41,052 nucleotides of DNA from a virus. Its lineage: Duplodnaviria > Caudoviricetes. Below the pieces are notes generated by a model. It did no database searches. It was given only the letters and a program-made list of their open reading frames with translations, and had not been told where the DNA came from. Every line of letters begins with the position of its first letter. Positions within the stretch are counted from its first letter, which is position 1. Positions 1-8,234 of the stretch are shown here, piece by piece. The stretch covers positions 1 through 41,052 of the IMG/VR virus record IMGVR_UViG_3300012002_000306, one strand, 5' to 3'. A program made the translations under genes and the position numbers.

Positions 1-3
1 AAC

Positions 4-237
4 ATGAACTATAAAGAATTACATATTTTACAACATTCTCTTGGATTGAGACCCGGACAAAATGGGCATCGAAATTATTTTGTTACCGGCGAAGGATCAG
101 AGGATTACCCTGTCTGTGAAACCTTGGTACACAAGGGATACATGACCAAAGCTATCGATCCACTTAATGAGATGGAAAAAGAATATGTTTACAGAGTCAC
201 TGAAAGTGGTAAAAAGGCAGCGGAAGGAGAGGAGTAG
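4..237 (+). CDS. Small phage hypothetical protein, possibly winged-helix-like
   Basis: 77 aa ORF; a diverged second copy at 40412-40645 keeps the frame and most residues, which supports coding. Confidence 0.75.
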   Translation: MNYKELHILQHSLGLRPGQNGHRNYFVTGEGSEDYPVCETLVHKGYMTKAIDPLNEMEKEYVYRVTESGKKAAEGEE

Positions 238-238
238 C

Positions 239-514
239 ATGGACGCAGGATATCCAACAAGCGAGGAATTACAAACACTTACTCTATGGCCAGCCTGTGA
301 TTTTTTAGGGCCATTAGAGTATATGCGCGACCGCTGGCGGTGGAAAGACTATATATCAAATACTGATGATACTTGTCATGTCCATACCGGCGGGTGGTCG
401 GGACACAAGGAAATGCTTGATGCGTTAGAAAAGAACTTTGGGTGGTGGAAAAAATATTGGTACTCGACCACACGAGGCGGGCGTTATGTGTTTAAAAAGC
501 AGGCTAATTTTTAG
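239..514 (+). CDS. Hypothetical protein (Trp-rich, HTGGWSG motif)
   Basis: ATG at 239 after GGAGAGGAG, inside track ORF 167..514. Confidence 0.65.
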   Translation: MDAGYPTSEELQTLTLWPACDFLGPLEYMRDRWRWKDYISNTDDTCHVHTGGWSGHKEMLDALEKNFGWWKKYWYSTTRGGRYVFKKQANF

Positions 515-515
515 G

Positions 516-704
516 ATGAATAACATGAAAAAATACAAAATAACCTTTAACGCTGGATGGTATAAGGACAACCCGCTGAATATCTTAAAGGTTTCATTCG
601 GTGAGGTAATCCCCGATCATCCTGTCACCGAATGGATTACTATTGTGTTGATCCAGATAGTGATCGGGAAGTTTGAAGTAGCGTTGTGTGTTGATAAAAA
701 CTGA
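516..704 (+). CDS. Hypothetical protein
   Basis: Fills the gap between neighbours; start chosen at the first ATG after the upstream stop. Confidence 0.5.
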   Translation: MNNMKKYKITFNAGWYKDNPLNILKVSFGEVIPDHPVTEWITIVLIQIVIGKFEVALCVDKN

Positions 705-713
705 GGAGGAATC

Positions 714-1388
714 ATGCCCTTAAGAAAATCGAAAGGCAACATGTACGGATTCGTCACTCACACATGGAACACGGTCAAGGGCAGGTGTCCGCACGATTGC
801 GAATACTGTTATATGAAGCGGTTTCCGCAGAAAGATATCCGCTTTGATGAAAGCGAATTAAAGACCGACCTTGGAAGCGGGAACACTATTTTTGTCGGCA
901 GCAGTTGTGATATGTGGGCGAAGGAGATAAATCCGTTTTGGCAAAGCGAAACACTAGATCACTGCATACAATATTTAGGGAACACTTATCTTTTCCAAAC
1001 AAAAAACCCGAAACAATTTAGGGGATATTATTTTCTGATGAACACAATCCTTGGAACCACCATCGAAACAAACCGGGAGTACCGGCAGATGAAAACGCTG
1101 CCTGACGGAAGAGTACCCTCTCCGCATGATCGAGCTTTTCAGCTTTCATATATACCGGATTCAGTCGGTAAAAAAATGGTGACGATCGAACCGGTCATGA
1201 ATTTTGACACCATCGAACTTGTTTATCTCATTAAAATAATCAAACCGGAATGGGTAAACATCGGTGCCGACAGCGGCGGAAATAATTTACCGGAACCGGG
1301 CAAAAAGAAAATAAAAAGACTTATCGAAGAGCTTAGGACATTCACCACGGTAAATAAAAAACCAAATCTTAAAAGACTAACGGAATAA
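714..1388 (+). CDS. Radical-SAM-like protein (phage Gp37/Gp68, DUF5131-like)
   Basis: TWNTVKGRCPHDCEYCY (CxxxCxxC), IFVGSSCDMW, FQTKNP, TIEP, WVNIGADSG; GAGGAGG RBS. Confidence 0.85.
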   Translation: MPLRKSKGNMYGFVTHTWNTVKGRCPHDCEYCYMKRFPQKDIRFDESELKTDLGSGNTIFVGSSCDMWAKEINPFWQSETLDHCIQYLGNTYLFQTKNPKQFRGYYFLMNTILGTTIETNREYRQMKTLPDGRVPSPHDRAFQLSYIPDSVGKKMVTIEPVMNFDTIELVYLIKIIKPEWVNIGADSGGNNLPEPGKKKIKRLIEELRTFTTVNKKPNLKRLTE

Positions 1389-1400
1389 AGGAGCAACAAC

Positions 1401-1622
1401 ATGAACAGGAAATGGATAATAGTAAACGGCGTGTTTATCATCATGCTTATCATAATGGTTGTAATAGCAGCTCTTAACTACCCTCGACAACCGCAGATAA
1501 CCGTGCAGCAGGCCGAGCCGGACCGTGAGTACATACGTAAGTACCCGGTAGCGGGCGGCGGGTATGAGTATATCTTAGTGCGCGAATTTCGCTTAAATGT
1601 GGAATTTGAGGAAGAACAATGA
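1401..1622 (+). CDS. Small membrane-anchored protein
   Basis: AAGGAG RBS; N-terminal hydrophobic helix. Confidence 0.65.
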   Translation: MNRKWIIVNGVFIIMLIIMVVIAALNYPRQPQITVQQAEPDREYIRKYPVAGGGYEYILVREFRLNVEFEEEQ

Positions 1623-1792
1623 ATAGATATGACTTCCTGGTGAGACACATTGCCCGAACGTGTCCCTTTTGTCACCGCGTGGAAGGTGCAGAATGCATCC
1701 TTGACCACTACATAGACATCGGCAGTGATACTGTACCTATTTGCCGGGAGTGCTATGCGGAGGCCGTAAAAGATGCGGTGGAGAAGCAATGA
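1619..1792 (+). CDS. Small zinc-finger-like protein (57 aa, not in ORF track)
   Basis: Manual translation MNRYDFLVRHIARTCPFCHRV...ICRECYAEAVKDAVEKQ; two CxxC motifs; ATGA overlap with the upstream gene. Confidence 0.6.
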   Translation: MNRYDFLVRHIARTCPFCHRVEGAECILDHYIDIGSDTVPICRECYAEAVKDAVEKQ

Positions 1793-1838
1793 CGTGTCCT
1801 CACTGCGGCGGTAAAGCAACACTACATTTGGTGGTTAT

Positions 1839-2045
1839 ATGAGACAGTCAGACAGAGAGCGGTTAAAGCAAGGACTAAAGCGGCGGGCAAAAAAACATTC
1901 GCAGGAAGAGGCGAAAGAGTACTACGTCGGGGCGTGCAAATGGCTGAAAGCCGAGGGGCGCATGATGGCGGATGAGTACGCCGAATGGCTGCGCGTTATC
2001 GGGAAAAGAGCACAGCGGACCGAGCAGCTGGAGCTCTTCGTATAG
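1839..2045 (+). CDS. Hypothetical protein
   Basis: 68 aa ORF with GGTGG RBS, in the operon direction. Confidence 0.55.
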   Translation: MRQSDRERLKQGLKRRAKKHSQEEAKEYYVGACKWLKAEGRMMADEYAEWLRVIGKRAQRTEQLELFV

Positions 2046-2070
2046 AACAAAAAAGAAACTGGGAGGAACG

Positions 2071-3252
2071 ATGGCAGATGACGGGACAAAACAACGATAT
2101 ATAAGCACATCAATATGGGATGATGACTGGTTTTATTCACTAGATGACGCTGGGCAGAAACTATATTTCTATCTTCTTACAAACAGAGAAACGAACGTCG
2201 CCGGTGTATATCAGATTACGAAAAGCCGCATGCAGAGAGATTTGAAATGGGACAAGGAAAAGTTGGAATCTGCATTATTAACATTTGAGGAAGAAAAAAA
2301 AGCTTATTACAGATGTGGGTATATAATGCTTCCCAATGCTCCAAAGCATCAAAAATGGTGGAAAAGGGGAACGATAAAAGCAGCTATAATGTCCATATTA
2401 AAATCTTTATCTGATGAAGTTTTTGAAATATTGCTTTCAGAAGAAGTGAAATACCAGTTTGATTTGAGCATCATCAAGAGAGATAAAAGAAAAAAAAGAC
2501 AGATTATTAGCGATAACTTAAAGGAAAAAATACATAAAAAATATCAAAATAAATGCGCTGAATGCGATTCTGGTGAAGGATTGGTAATCGATCATATAAT
2601 ACCCGTTTCAGAGGGGGGAGATAATACAGAAGATAATTTACAGCTATTATGCAGAAAATGCCATGGTAAAAAGCATGCTGAGAGAAGATGGGAGGCAGAG
2701 TATATAGAAACTGGAGGAGAATGGGGTACGCCCGATGGGGTGCTATGGGGTGCAGATGGGGTGCATGAAAAAGACGTCGAACGCGTGACACCCATAGCAC
2801 CCTATAACCCCAATAGCCTCCCTAGCGATCATGACTTTGATTCTGATTCTGATTCTGAAGATATATCTTTATCTAGCACGGTCAGTGAGCGGTTTGAAAA
2901 GGCCCGGAAAGCATGGAACGGCGCTAACCTGCCGAAATATCCATATTCAGCTCTCAACACACCTCCGGACGACATGCGGCTGTGTATACCGACGTTCGAC
3001 GCACACACTGACGTAGACATCGTTAAGGCTATCAGTAACTACCAGAAGATACGTGACGGCACAGGGTTCCACCTGGATCCGGTATATCAGAGTTTTATCG
3101 GTTTCATGAAGGCAGGGAAGGGCGTTGATAAGTATGCGGATGACGCAGAACCGTTCATTCGCTGCAAGTTAAACGGGACGAAACCCGCGAGGAAGGACCA
3201 GACCATGGAAGCGGCAAGGGAAGTATATGATATTTTGAGGAGGAACGCATGA
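2071..3252 (+). CDS. Phage replication initiator-like protein with an internal HNH endonuclease domain
   Basis: N-terminus QRYISTSIWDDDWF...LYFYLLTN...AGVYQI is typical of phage replication proteins; CAEC...DHIIPVSEGGDNTEDNLQLLCRKCH is an HNH motif; GGAGG RBS before ATG 2071. Confidence 0.78.
   Translation: MADDGTKQRYISTSIWDDDWFYSLDDAGQKLYFYLLTNRETNVAGVYQITKSRMQRDLKWDKEKLESALLTFEEEKKAYYRCGYIMLPNAPKHQKWWKRGTIKAAIMSILKSLSDEVFEILLSEEVKYQFDLSIIKRDKRKKRQIISDNLKEKIHKKYQNKCAECDSGEGLVIDHIIPVSEGGDNTEDNLQLLCRKCHGKKHAERRWEAEYIETGGEWGTPDGVLWGADGVHEKDVERVTPIAPYNPNSLPSDHDFDSDSDSEDISLSSTVSERFEKARKAWNGANLPKYPYSALNTPPDDMRLCIPTFDAHTDVDIVKAISNYQKIRDGTGFHLDPVYQSFIGFMKAGKGVDKYADDAEPFIRCKLNGTKPARKDQTMEAAREVYDILRRNA
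2721..2858. repeat. Candidate replication origin iterons inside the initiator gene
   Basis: ATGGGGTRC at 2721, 2735, 2745 and 2756; perfect 12-bp inverted repeat GGGTGCTATGGG (2738-2749)/CCCATAGCACCC (2791-2802); (GATTCT)3 from 2839. Confidence 0.55.
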
Positions 3253-3599
3253 CCGTACAAGAATTCGCGCAGGCTATACGGTACAGTTACGACTATTCGA
3301 AGAAGCCAGGGCAGCTTTCGCTTATAGCAGACTGGGCGCAGACGATACCAGAGGACCGTCTCAAGGAAATATGGAACCGTCTAACCGGAGAGTTTAGTAC
3401 GGAATACAACCAGGTGCCCGACTTAGCACGGCTTAAAGCAATGTATAAGCGTATGCGTGAGGAGTTCGTTTTCCGGAAAAGTGCTGACCCGAACGCGAGA
3501 CGGATAGAATACAACAAGCGGGCGCACAGGGAAGACGTGGTTGACTGTTTTGCAAAGCTGCGTGAAGAACTCAACATGCCCGCGTACAGGGAGAAGTAA
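3249..3599 (+). CDS. Hypothetical protein in the replication module
   Basis: ATGA-coupled to the initiator; GAGGAGG RBS. Confidence 0.65.
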   Translation: MTVQEFAQAIRYSYDYSKKPGQLSLIADWAQTIPEDRLKEIWNRLTGEFSTEYNQVPDLARLKAMYKRMREEFVFRKSADPNARRIEYNKRAHREDVVDCFAKLREELNMPAYREK

Positions 3600-4085
3600 A
3601 TGAGAAAGTGCACGATATGTGAGCATCCAAAGGTCAGTGAAATAAACCGTCACTTGATCGAACATATCGTTACTTATCGTCATATCGCCGATAAGTATAA
3701 CGTTTCGTATGCGGCCTTGCGACGGCATCGGGACCAGCACTTGACCGAGAAGGCTGTTGCCGCACGGGAGAAGAATGACAACGAACGGGACGTTGCACAG
3801 GGGGACACGGTCCTCGAGTCTCTGCTGATGCTGAAAGAGAAGGCCCTCGGGATCCTGAAGCGGGCTGAAGAGGATGAGAAGCCGGGGATCCAGCTGTCGA
3901 GCATTCGAGAGGCCAGGGCGTGTATCCAGGTGTTCGGGGATATGACGTTGAAGCTCAAAGAGATCGAGCAACACGACGTCACGAAGAACCCTGAGTTTAT
4001 ACGGTTCACCAGGGCCCTGGCGGTTGTCTGGAAGAAATATCCGGAAGCAGAGAAGCACTTTAAGGAAATATTGCGTGAAAGCTGA
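3600..4085 (+). CDS. Probable terminase small subunit (Zn/HTH N-terminus)
   Basis: CTICEHP...YRHIADKYNVSYAALRRH HTH-like segment directly upstream of the terminase ATPase. Confidence 0.65.
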   Translation: MRKCTICEHPKVSEINRHLIEHIVTYRHIADKYNVSYAALRRHRDQHLTEKAVAAREKNDNERDVAQGDTVLESLLMLKEKALGILKRAEEDEKPGIQLSSIREARACIQVFGDMTLKLKEIEQHDVTKNPEFIRFTRALAVVWKKYPEAEKHFKEILRES

Positions 4086-4089
4086 GCAA

Positions 4090-4866
4090 ATGGCGGACTA
4101 TGTGACAAAGCTCTCACGACCGACTGAGCTGTCGAAGTCTTTAAACATACATCCGGACCCCTGGCAGGCTGAGTTTATGGACACTGACAACGAGCGTATT
4201 ATCCTCTGCTGCGGGCGGCAGGTCGGAAAAAGCACGGCGGTTGCCATGCGAGTCCTTCACCGCATGTTTACGCCGGGAAGTCTGGTACTGATCGTTTCAC
4301 CGACAGAGCGGCAGTCGAAGCTTCTTTTTGCAACGGTAAAGCACTTTGCGAGCCAGATCGAGGGAATGCCAGGATCGACCGAGGACACAAAGCTGTCCCT
4401 CATGCTCGACAACGGGTCGAATGTGGTCGCACTGCCGGGCACCGAGAAGAATATCCGTGGTTTCGCGGCACTGGACACGCTGGTGGTCGATGAGGCGGCA
4501 CGAGTAGAGGATGCACTGTACATGGCTGCAGAGCCGATGGTGGCAATCTCCCGGGGGACGGTTATCCTGCTCTCGACACCGTTTGGTAAGCGTGGTTTTT
4601 TCTGGGAGGTCTGGGACAAAGGCACGTCCTGGAGCAAGCATCACATAACGGCGTATGACTGCCCACGGTACGATCGGAAATATCTTGACGGCAAAAAAGA
4701 GATGATGCCGGACCTGTGGTTCAGACAGGAATATATGGCCGAATTCGTAGACGCGGAGAATCAGCTGTTTTCACTTGATGACATACAGGCTGCGTTCCGT
4801 CGGACGGTTAAGCCGTTGGACTTCGGGGACGTCAAGACCAGCGGCGTAAAGCCTTTGGAGGTATAA
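4090..4866 (+). CDS. terL: Terminase large subunit, ATPase half
   Basis: PDPWQ, Walker A CGRQVGKST, Walker B LVVDEAA, coupling motif LLSTP, FRQEYMAEF. Start position is uncertain. Confidence 0.9.
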   Translation: MADYVTKLSRPTELSKSLNIHPDPWQAEFMDTDNERIILCCGRQVGKSTAVAMRVLHRMFTPGSLVLIVSPTERQSKLLFATVKHFASQIEGMPGSTEDTKLSLMLDNGSNVVALPGTEKNIRGFAALDTLVVDEAARVEDALYMAAEPMVAISRGTVILLSTPFGKRGFFWEVWDKGTSWSKHHITAYDCPRYDRKYLDGKKEMMPDLWFRQEYMAEFVDAENQLFSLDDIQAAFRRTVKPLDFGDVKTSGVKPLEV

Positions 4867-5546
4867 TGTATCTGATAGGAATAGATTTAGGGCAGGCGCA
4901 GGACTACACGGCCATCACGATCACGGAGAAGACGTTGATCGAAAAAGAGATATCGGCGTTACCCGGGCAGGACGCGGAGCGGGTGTATGATACAAGGTAC
5001 TTCCTGCGGTTTATCGAGAGGCCGGGCCTCGGGACCTCGTACCCGGATATCGTGAGCAGGGTCCGCGGCATATGCGAGCATCCGGACATCCGGCGGGACT
5101 TCCGGCTCATTGTGGACTCAACGGGTGTCGGGAAGCCGGTCGTCGACATGTTGCGACGGGAAGGCCTTTTGCCGATACCGATACTCATCACCGGCGGTAC
5201 GCAAGTGGTCGAGGACCCGCTCGGAGGCTATCACGTACCGAAGAGAGACCTGGCCTATGCGCTGCAGGTTGTCTTCCAGTCACGGCGCATACAGATAGCC
5301 GACGGTCTACGGGATGCCGATACGTTCTCTCTCGAGCTGCAGAACTTCCGGGTGAAGATGGATAAGCGGACAGCGCACGACAGTTATGAGGCGTGGCGCG
5401 AGGGAGAGCACGACGACATCGTCCTGTCGGTGGCCATGTCGGTGTGGTACGGCGAGAAGGACCACGGGAGCTATTTCTCTGTCGTGGACAGGGTCGGAGA
5501 GCCTGCGGACGACTACGATCCGCTTACCTGGGGGTTGAAGAGATGA
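4866..5546 (+). CDS. Terminase large subunit, RNase H-like nuclease half
   Basis: IGIDLGQAQDYTA, VDSTGVGKPVVD, HDDIVLSVA; has its own GGAGG RBS and TAATG overlap. Confidence 0.85.
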   Translation: MYLIGIDLGQAQDYTAITITEKTLIEKEISALPGQDAERVYDTRYFLRFIERPGLGTSYPDIVSRVRGICEHPDIRRDFRLIVDSTGVGKPVVDMLRREGLLPIPILITGGTQVVEDPLGGYHVPKRDLAYALQVVFQSRRIQIADGLRDADTFSLELQNFRVKMDKRTAHDSYEAWREGEHDDIVLSVAMSVWYGEKDHGSYFSVVDRVGEPADDYDPLTWGLKR

Positions 5547-6226
5547 TACTCATCCTTGGATGCGGAAGAAGCGGCACTCACCTGTTGGCAGATGTGATGG
5601 ATGGACCGGACACGATTGTCGCAAAAGAAGACCCGCGGTGGTTCGAGCTGGCCCTGGCCATGGTGCGGAACAAGGCGGTTGTGCCGAAATATTACCCTCG
5701 GTTTGCAGAGATGCTCTGCAGGGAGCACGAGGCTGCACGGGCGGACGGGAAGGTGTTTGTCGACAAAACACACGTTGCCGCGTGGCTGTTTGAGTGGCTG
5801 GCAAAGGACCTGCCGCTCTACACTATTTGGATAGAGCGTGATCCACTGCCGACGATAGCAAGCATGATGTGTCATGCTGGCATGAGAAACGATCTTCGGT
5901 ATGCTCGGTGCTTTTCGGTTCCGAATCGATACATGGGCATTGAAGATGAGCGGTGGTTTGACATGCCGATGGTGCTCTGTTTTGCACACAAGTGGAAATC
6001 GTACCATCGTAGACTGATCGAGCTGTACGGCCGGATAGACCATTTTGTGAGATACGAGGAGCTTCTGCAGCATCCGGAGCGGGAGATAACGGTGATAGAA
6101 GAGAAGTTCGGCATACGCTGTTCCAGGCCGGAGATGCGGTTGGAAAGCCTGTCGAAGTGGCAGCAGATACTCACCCAGGGAGCGGTGAGCGAAATAAACG
6201 AAGTATTGGAGGAGAATATTGAGTAA
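5543..6226 (+). CDS. Sulfotransferase-family protein
   Basis: ILILGCGRSGTH PAPS-binding loop, FVDKT, IERDP...S, VRYEELLQHP, SLSKWQ. Confidence 0.85.
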   Translation: MILILGCGRSGTHLLADVMDGPDTIVAKEDPRWFELALAMVRNKAVVPKYYPRFAEMLCREHEAARADGKVFVDKTHVAAWLFEWLAKDLPLYTIWIERDPLPTIASMMCHAGMRNDLRYARCFSVPNRYMGIEDERWFDMPMVLCFAHKWKSYHRRLIELYGRIDHFVRYEELLQHPEREITVIEEKFGIRCSRPEMRLESLSKWQQILTQGAVSEINEVLEENIE

Positions 6227-6824
6227 CATAAACACAAAAGAGCATTGGGATCATGCGTATCTGGCGGAGGGGGCGAATACCTGGCGACGGTATCAGGGTT
6301 GTTTTTCTCGCATCGTCAACCGCGTTGGTCCTGGGCAACAGGTTCTCGACGTAGGTGGTGGTGTCGGCGTGCTGTCACACTACCTAAAACAGGCAGGGAG
6401 CTTTCCGTTCATCGTTGACATTTCACCGGTTGCTATACAGATAGCACAGACGGTATACGACATTCCGGGCAGGGCGCAGAAGGTCCCGCCGATGAAGAAT
6501 ATCATTGCATACGACTGGCTGGTGGCGACCGAGTTCTTAGAGCACTTAACGAATCCGGGCGGTTTTCTCTTTGAGGCAAAGACAAAGGCGCCGAGAGCTA
6601 TTTACAGCGTGCCGAATAACGTACTCGGGCCGGACGAGGAGCCGGAGCACCTGCGGAAATTCACGGAGAAGAAGTTTCGGGCTCTGCTGCAAGGGTACTA
6701 CACGAAGGTGGAGATCGAGAGCTTCCGTGACCGGTTCTATACCGGGCGGGTGACGATGAGAGACAAGGAAGTTGTGCCGAGTGCTATCGACTTACCGACG
6801 CTCATTGCGTATTGCGAGGTGTAA
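6219..6824 (+). CDS. Class I SAM-dependent methyltransferase
   Basis: VLDVGGGVG motif I, VDISP, ATEFLEHL, YSVPN; TTG start with GGAGG RBS. Confidence 0.88.
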   Translation: MSNINTKEHWDHAYLAEGANTWRRYQGCFSRIVNRVGPGQQVLDVGGGVGVLSHYLKQAGSFPFIVDISPVAIQIAQTVYDIPGRAQKVPPMKNIIAYDWLVATEFLEHLTNPGGFLFEAKTKAPRAIYSVPNNVLGPDEEPEHLRKFTEKKFRALLQGYYTKVEIESFRDRFYTGRVTMRDKEVVPSAIDLPTLIAYCEV

Positions 6825-6988
6825 TGAAACTACCTGAAGCAGTAATAGACCATCTACGGTCGATAGACATTCCGTATGGATACATCGTTATTCACATTCG
6901 AGACGACAGTTGCAGGTATGTCGACGTAAAAGTCGAAGAAACAAAAAGACTGTACTTCGGAGAAACGCTTGAAAACACCAGCGAATAG
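6824..6988 (+). CDS. Small protein resembling YezD/DUF2292 (54 aa, not in ORF track)
   Basis: Manual translation MKLPEAVIDHLRSIDIPYGYIVIHIRDDSCRYVDVKVEETKRLYFGETLENTSE; GAGGTG RBS and TAATG overlap. Family resemblance is by eye only. Confidence 0.55.
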   Translation: MKLPEAVIDHLRSIDIPYGYIVIHIRDDSCRYVDVKVEETKRLYFGETLENTSE

Positions 6989-6992
6989 GGGT

Positions 6993-7481
6993 ATGTTTAA
7001 AGGAGTGAAGAAGCACGTTATCGTCATATCAATATTTCTCTTCATCTTCGGTATTATATGGTTTCCCGTTGTACGGCAAAGCTGGTTGCACGAGCTCGGG
7101 CATGTACTCGCGGCGTTTGTCACAGGCGGCTACGGCTGGATCGAAAGCCCGACAATGGCCCGGGCGGACAGCTTCTTCCCGGTATTTATCAGCATGGGCG
7201 GGGCGCTGTTTTGCTTCGTGTTCGGCGCGGGCTTAATGCTCTTCACGCTTCACAAGGGCGTTCCCTGGCTCGGGGCGTTTTGGTGGGGCAAGGCGCACTT
7301 TGAGATATTCTTCTTCATAGGGTCGCGGGACCAGGCTCAGGGCGGAGTACCTACTGGTGTATGGCTTTTACTGGTGTTGCCGTTGTTATTCTTGACCTGG
7401 GGCTTTTTACTAGTCCTCGCGGATAGATATAGACAAAACAGTAATAAACGTGTTAAAATAGTGAATAGAAATGTAGTATAG
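6993..7481 (+). CDS. Membrane protein with HExxH motif (M50-like metallopeptidase)
   Basis: WLHELGHVLAA within a multi-TM protein, plus ISMGG. Confidence 0.7.
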   Translation: MFKGVKKHVIVISIFLFIFGIIWFPVVRQSWLHELGHVLAAFVTGGYGWIESPTMARADSFFPVFISMGGALFCFVFGAGLMLFTLHKGVPWLGAFWWGKAHFEIFFFIGSRDQAQGGVPTGVWLLLVLPLLFLTWGFLLVLADRYRQNSNKRVKIVNRNVV

Positions 7482-7510
7482 TACGGTCAGGTAAGCTGAC
7501 GGAAGAACCG

Positions 7511-7574
7511 AGGCGAACTGGTCGGACTCTTTTCCCAAAAACGGGGAAGGTGTCTGATTGGTTCGCCTTTTTTT
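7511..7574 (+). terminator. Long-stem intrinsic terminator ahead of the structural operon
   Basis: AGGCGAACTGGTCGGAC (7511-7527) pairs with GTCTGATTGGTTCGCCT (7552-7568) with 4 G-U pairs; inner stem; T7 tract at 7568-7574. Confidence 0.8.
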
Positions 7575-7597
7575 ATTGTCCGAAAAGGGAGGGACAC

Positions 7598-8218
7598 ATG
7601 CCTAATCCAGAAGAATATTTTGGAAAACCTTGGATAGACGAGTTTACAGAAGCTTTCTCGCCACACACAAAACCAAAGAAAAAGAAACCCCCACTATTTG
7701 AGATCGGGGGCTCGGATGACTCAAAAGACGGTTGGAAGACAACGCTCATAAAGCCGCGCGAGGATGTCATCGGGGTAAGAGCGGTGGAGAAACGGGAAGG
7801 CTCAGATATCTTATACAAACCGACATATGACTCCTGGCTGGTCGAGGAGACCGGAGAGGACTACGACTTCATGACGGAGGGGGAACTGAAAGGCCTTGCC
7901 GCAAAGGCGTGGGAAGGGAGCTCCTACCAGGAACGTGACCGCAGAGAGTGGGAAAAAGAAAACCCCAGCATTCCATACGAGGAGCACGTCACCGCCCTAA
8001 TTAAAAGTGATGGAGCGCGGGATAGGCCGCAGGAAGAAGAAGAGGAAGAGTCTATCCTGCCGGAGCACAAGAAGACGGGGTATGCGGTTTATAACTACAC
8101 CCTGGAAGAGCTTATTGAGCTCGCGGACGGAGACAGGGAGGTCATCCGGGCCCTAAAAGCCACGGACGACCCGCAACGCACCGCTATGGACATAGGGCTG
8201 CTAAATTGGAACAAGTAG
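7598..8218 (+). CDS. Acidic hypothetical protein
   Basis: GGGAGG RBS before ATG 7598; no recognisable motif. Confidence 0.7.
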   Translation: MPNPEEYFGKPWIDEFTEAFSPHTKPKKKKPPLFEIGGSDDSKDGWKTTLIKPREDVIGVRAVEKREGSDILYKPTYDSWLVEETGEDYDFMTEGELKGLAAKAWEGSSYQERDRREWEKENPSIPYEEHVTALIKSDGARDRPQEEEEEESILPEHKKTGYAVYNYTLEELIELADGDREVIRALKATDDPQRTAMDIGLLNWNK

Positions 8219-8234
8219 GGAGATACCTGGCAGG

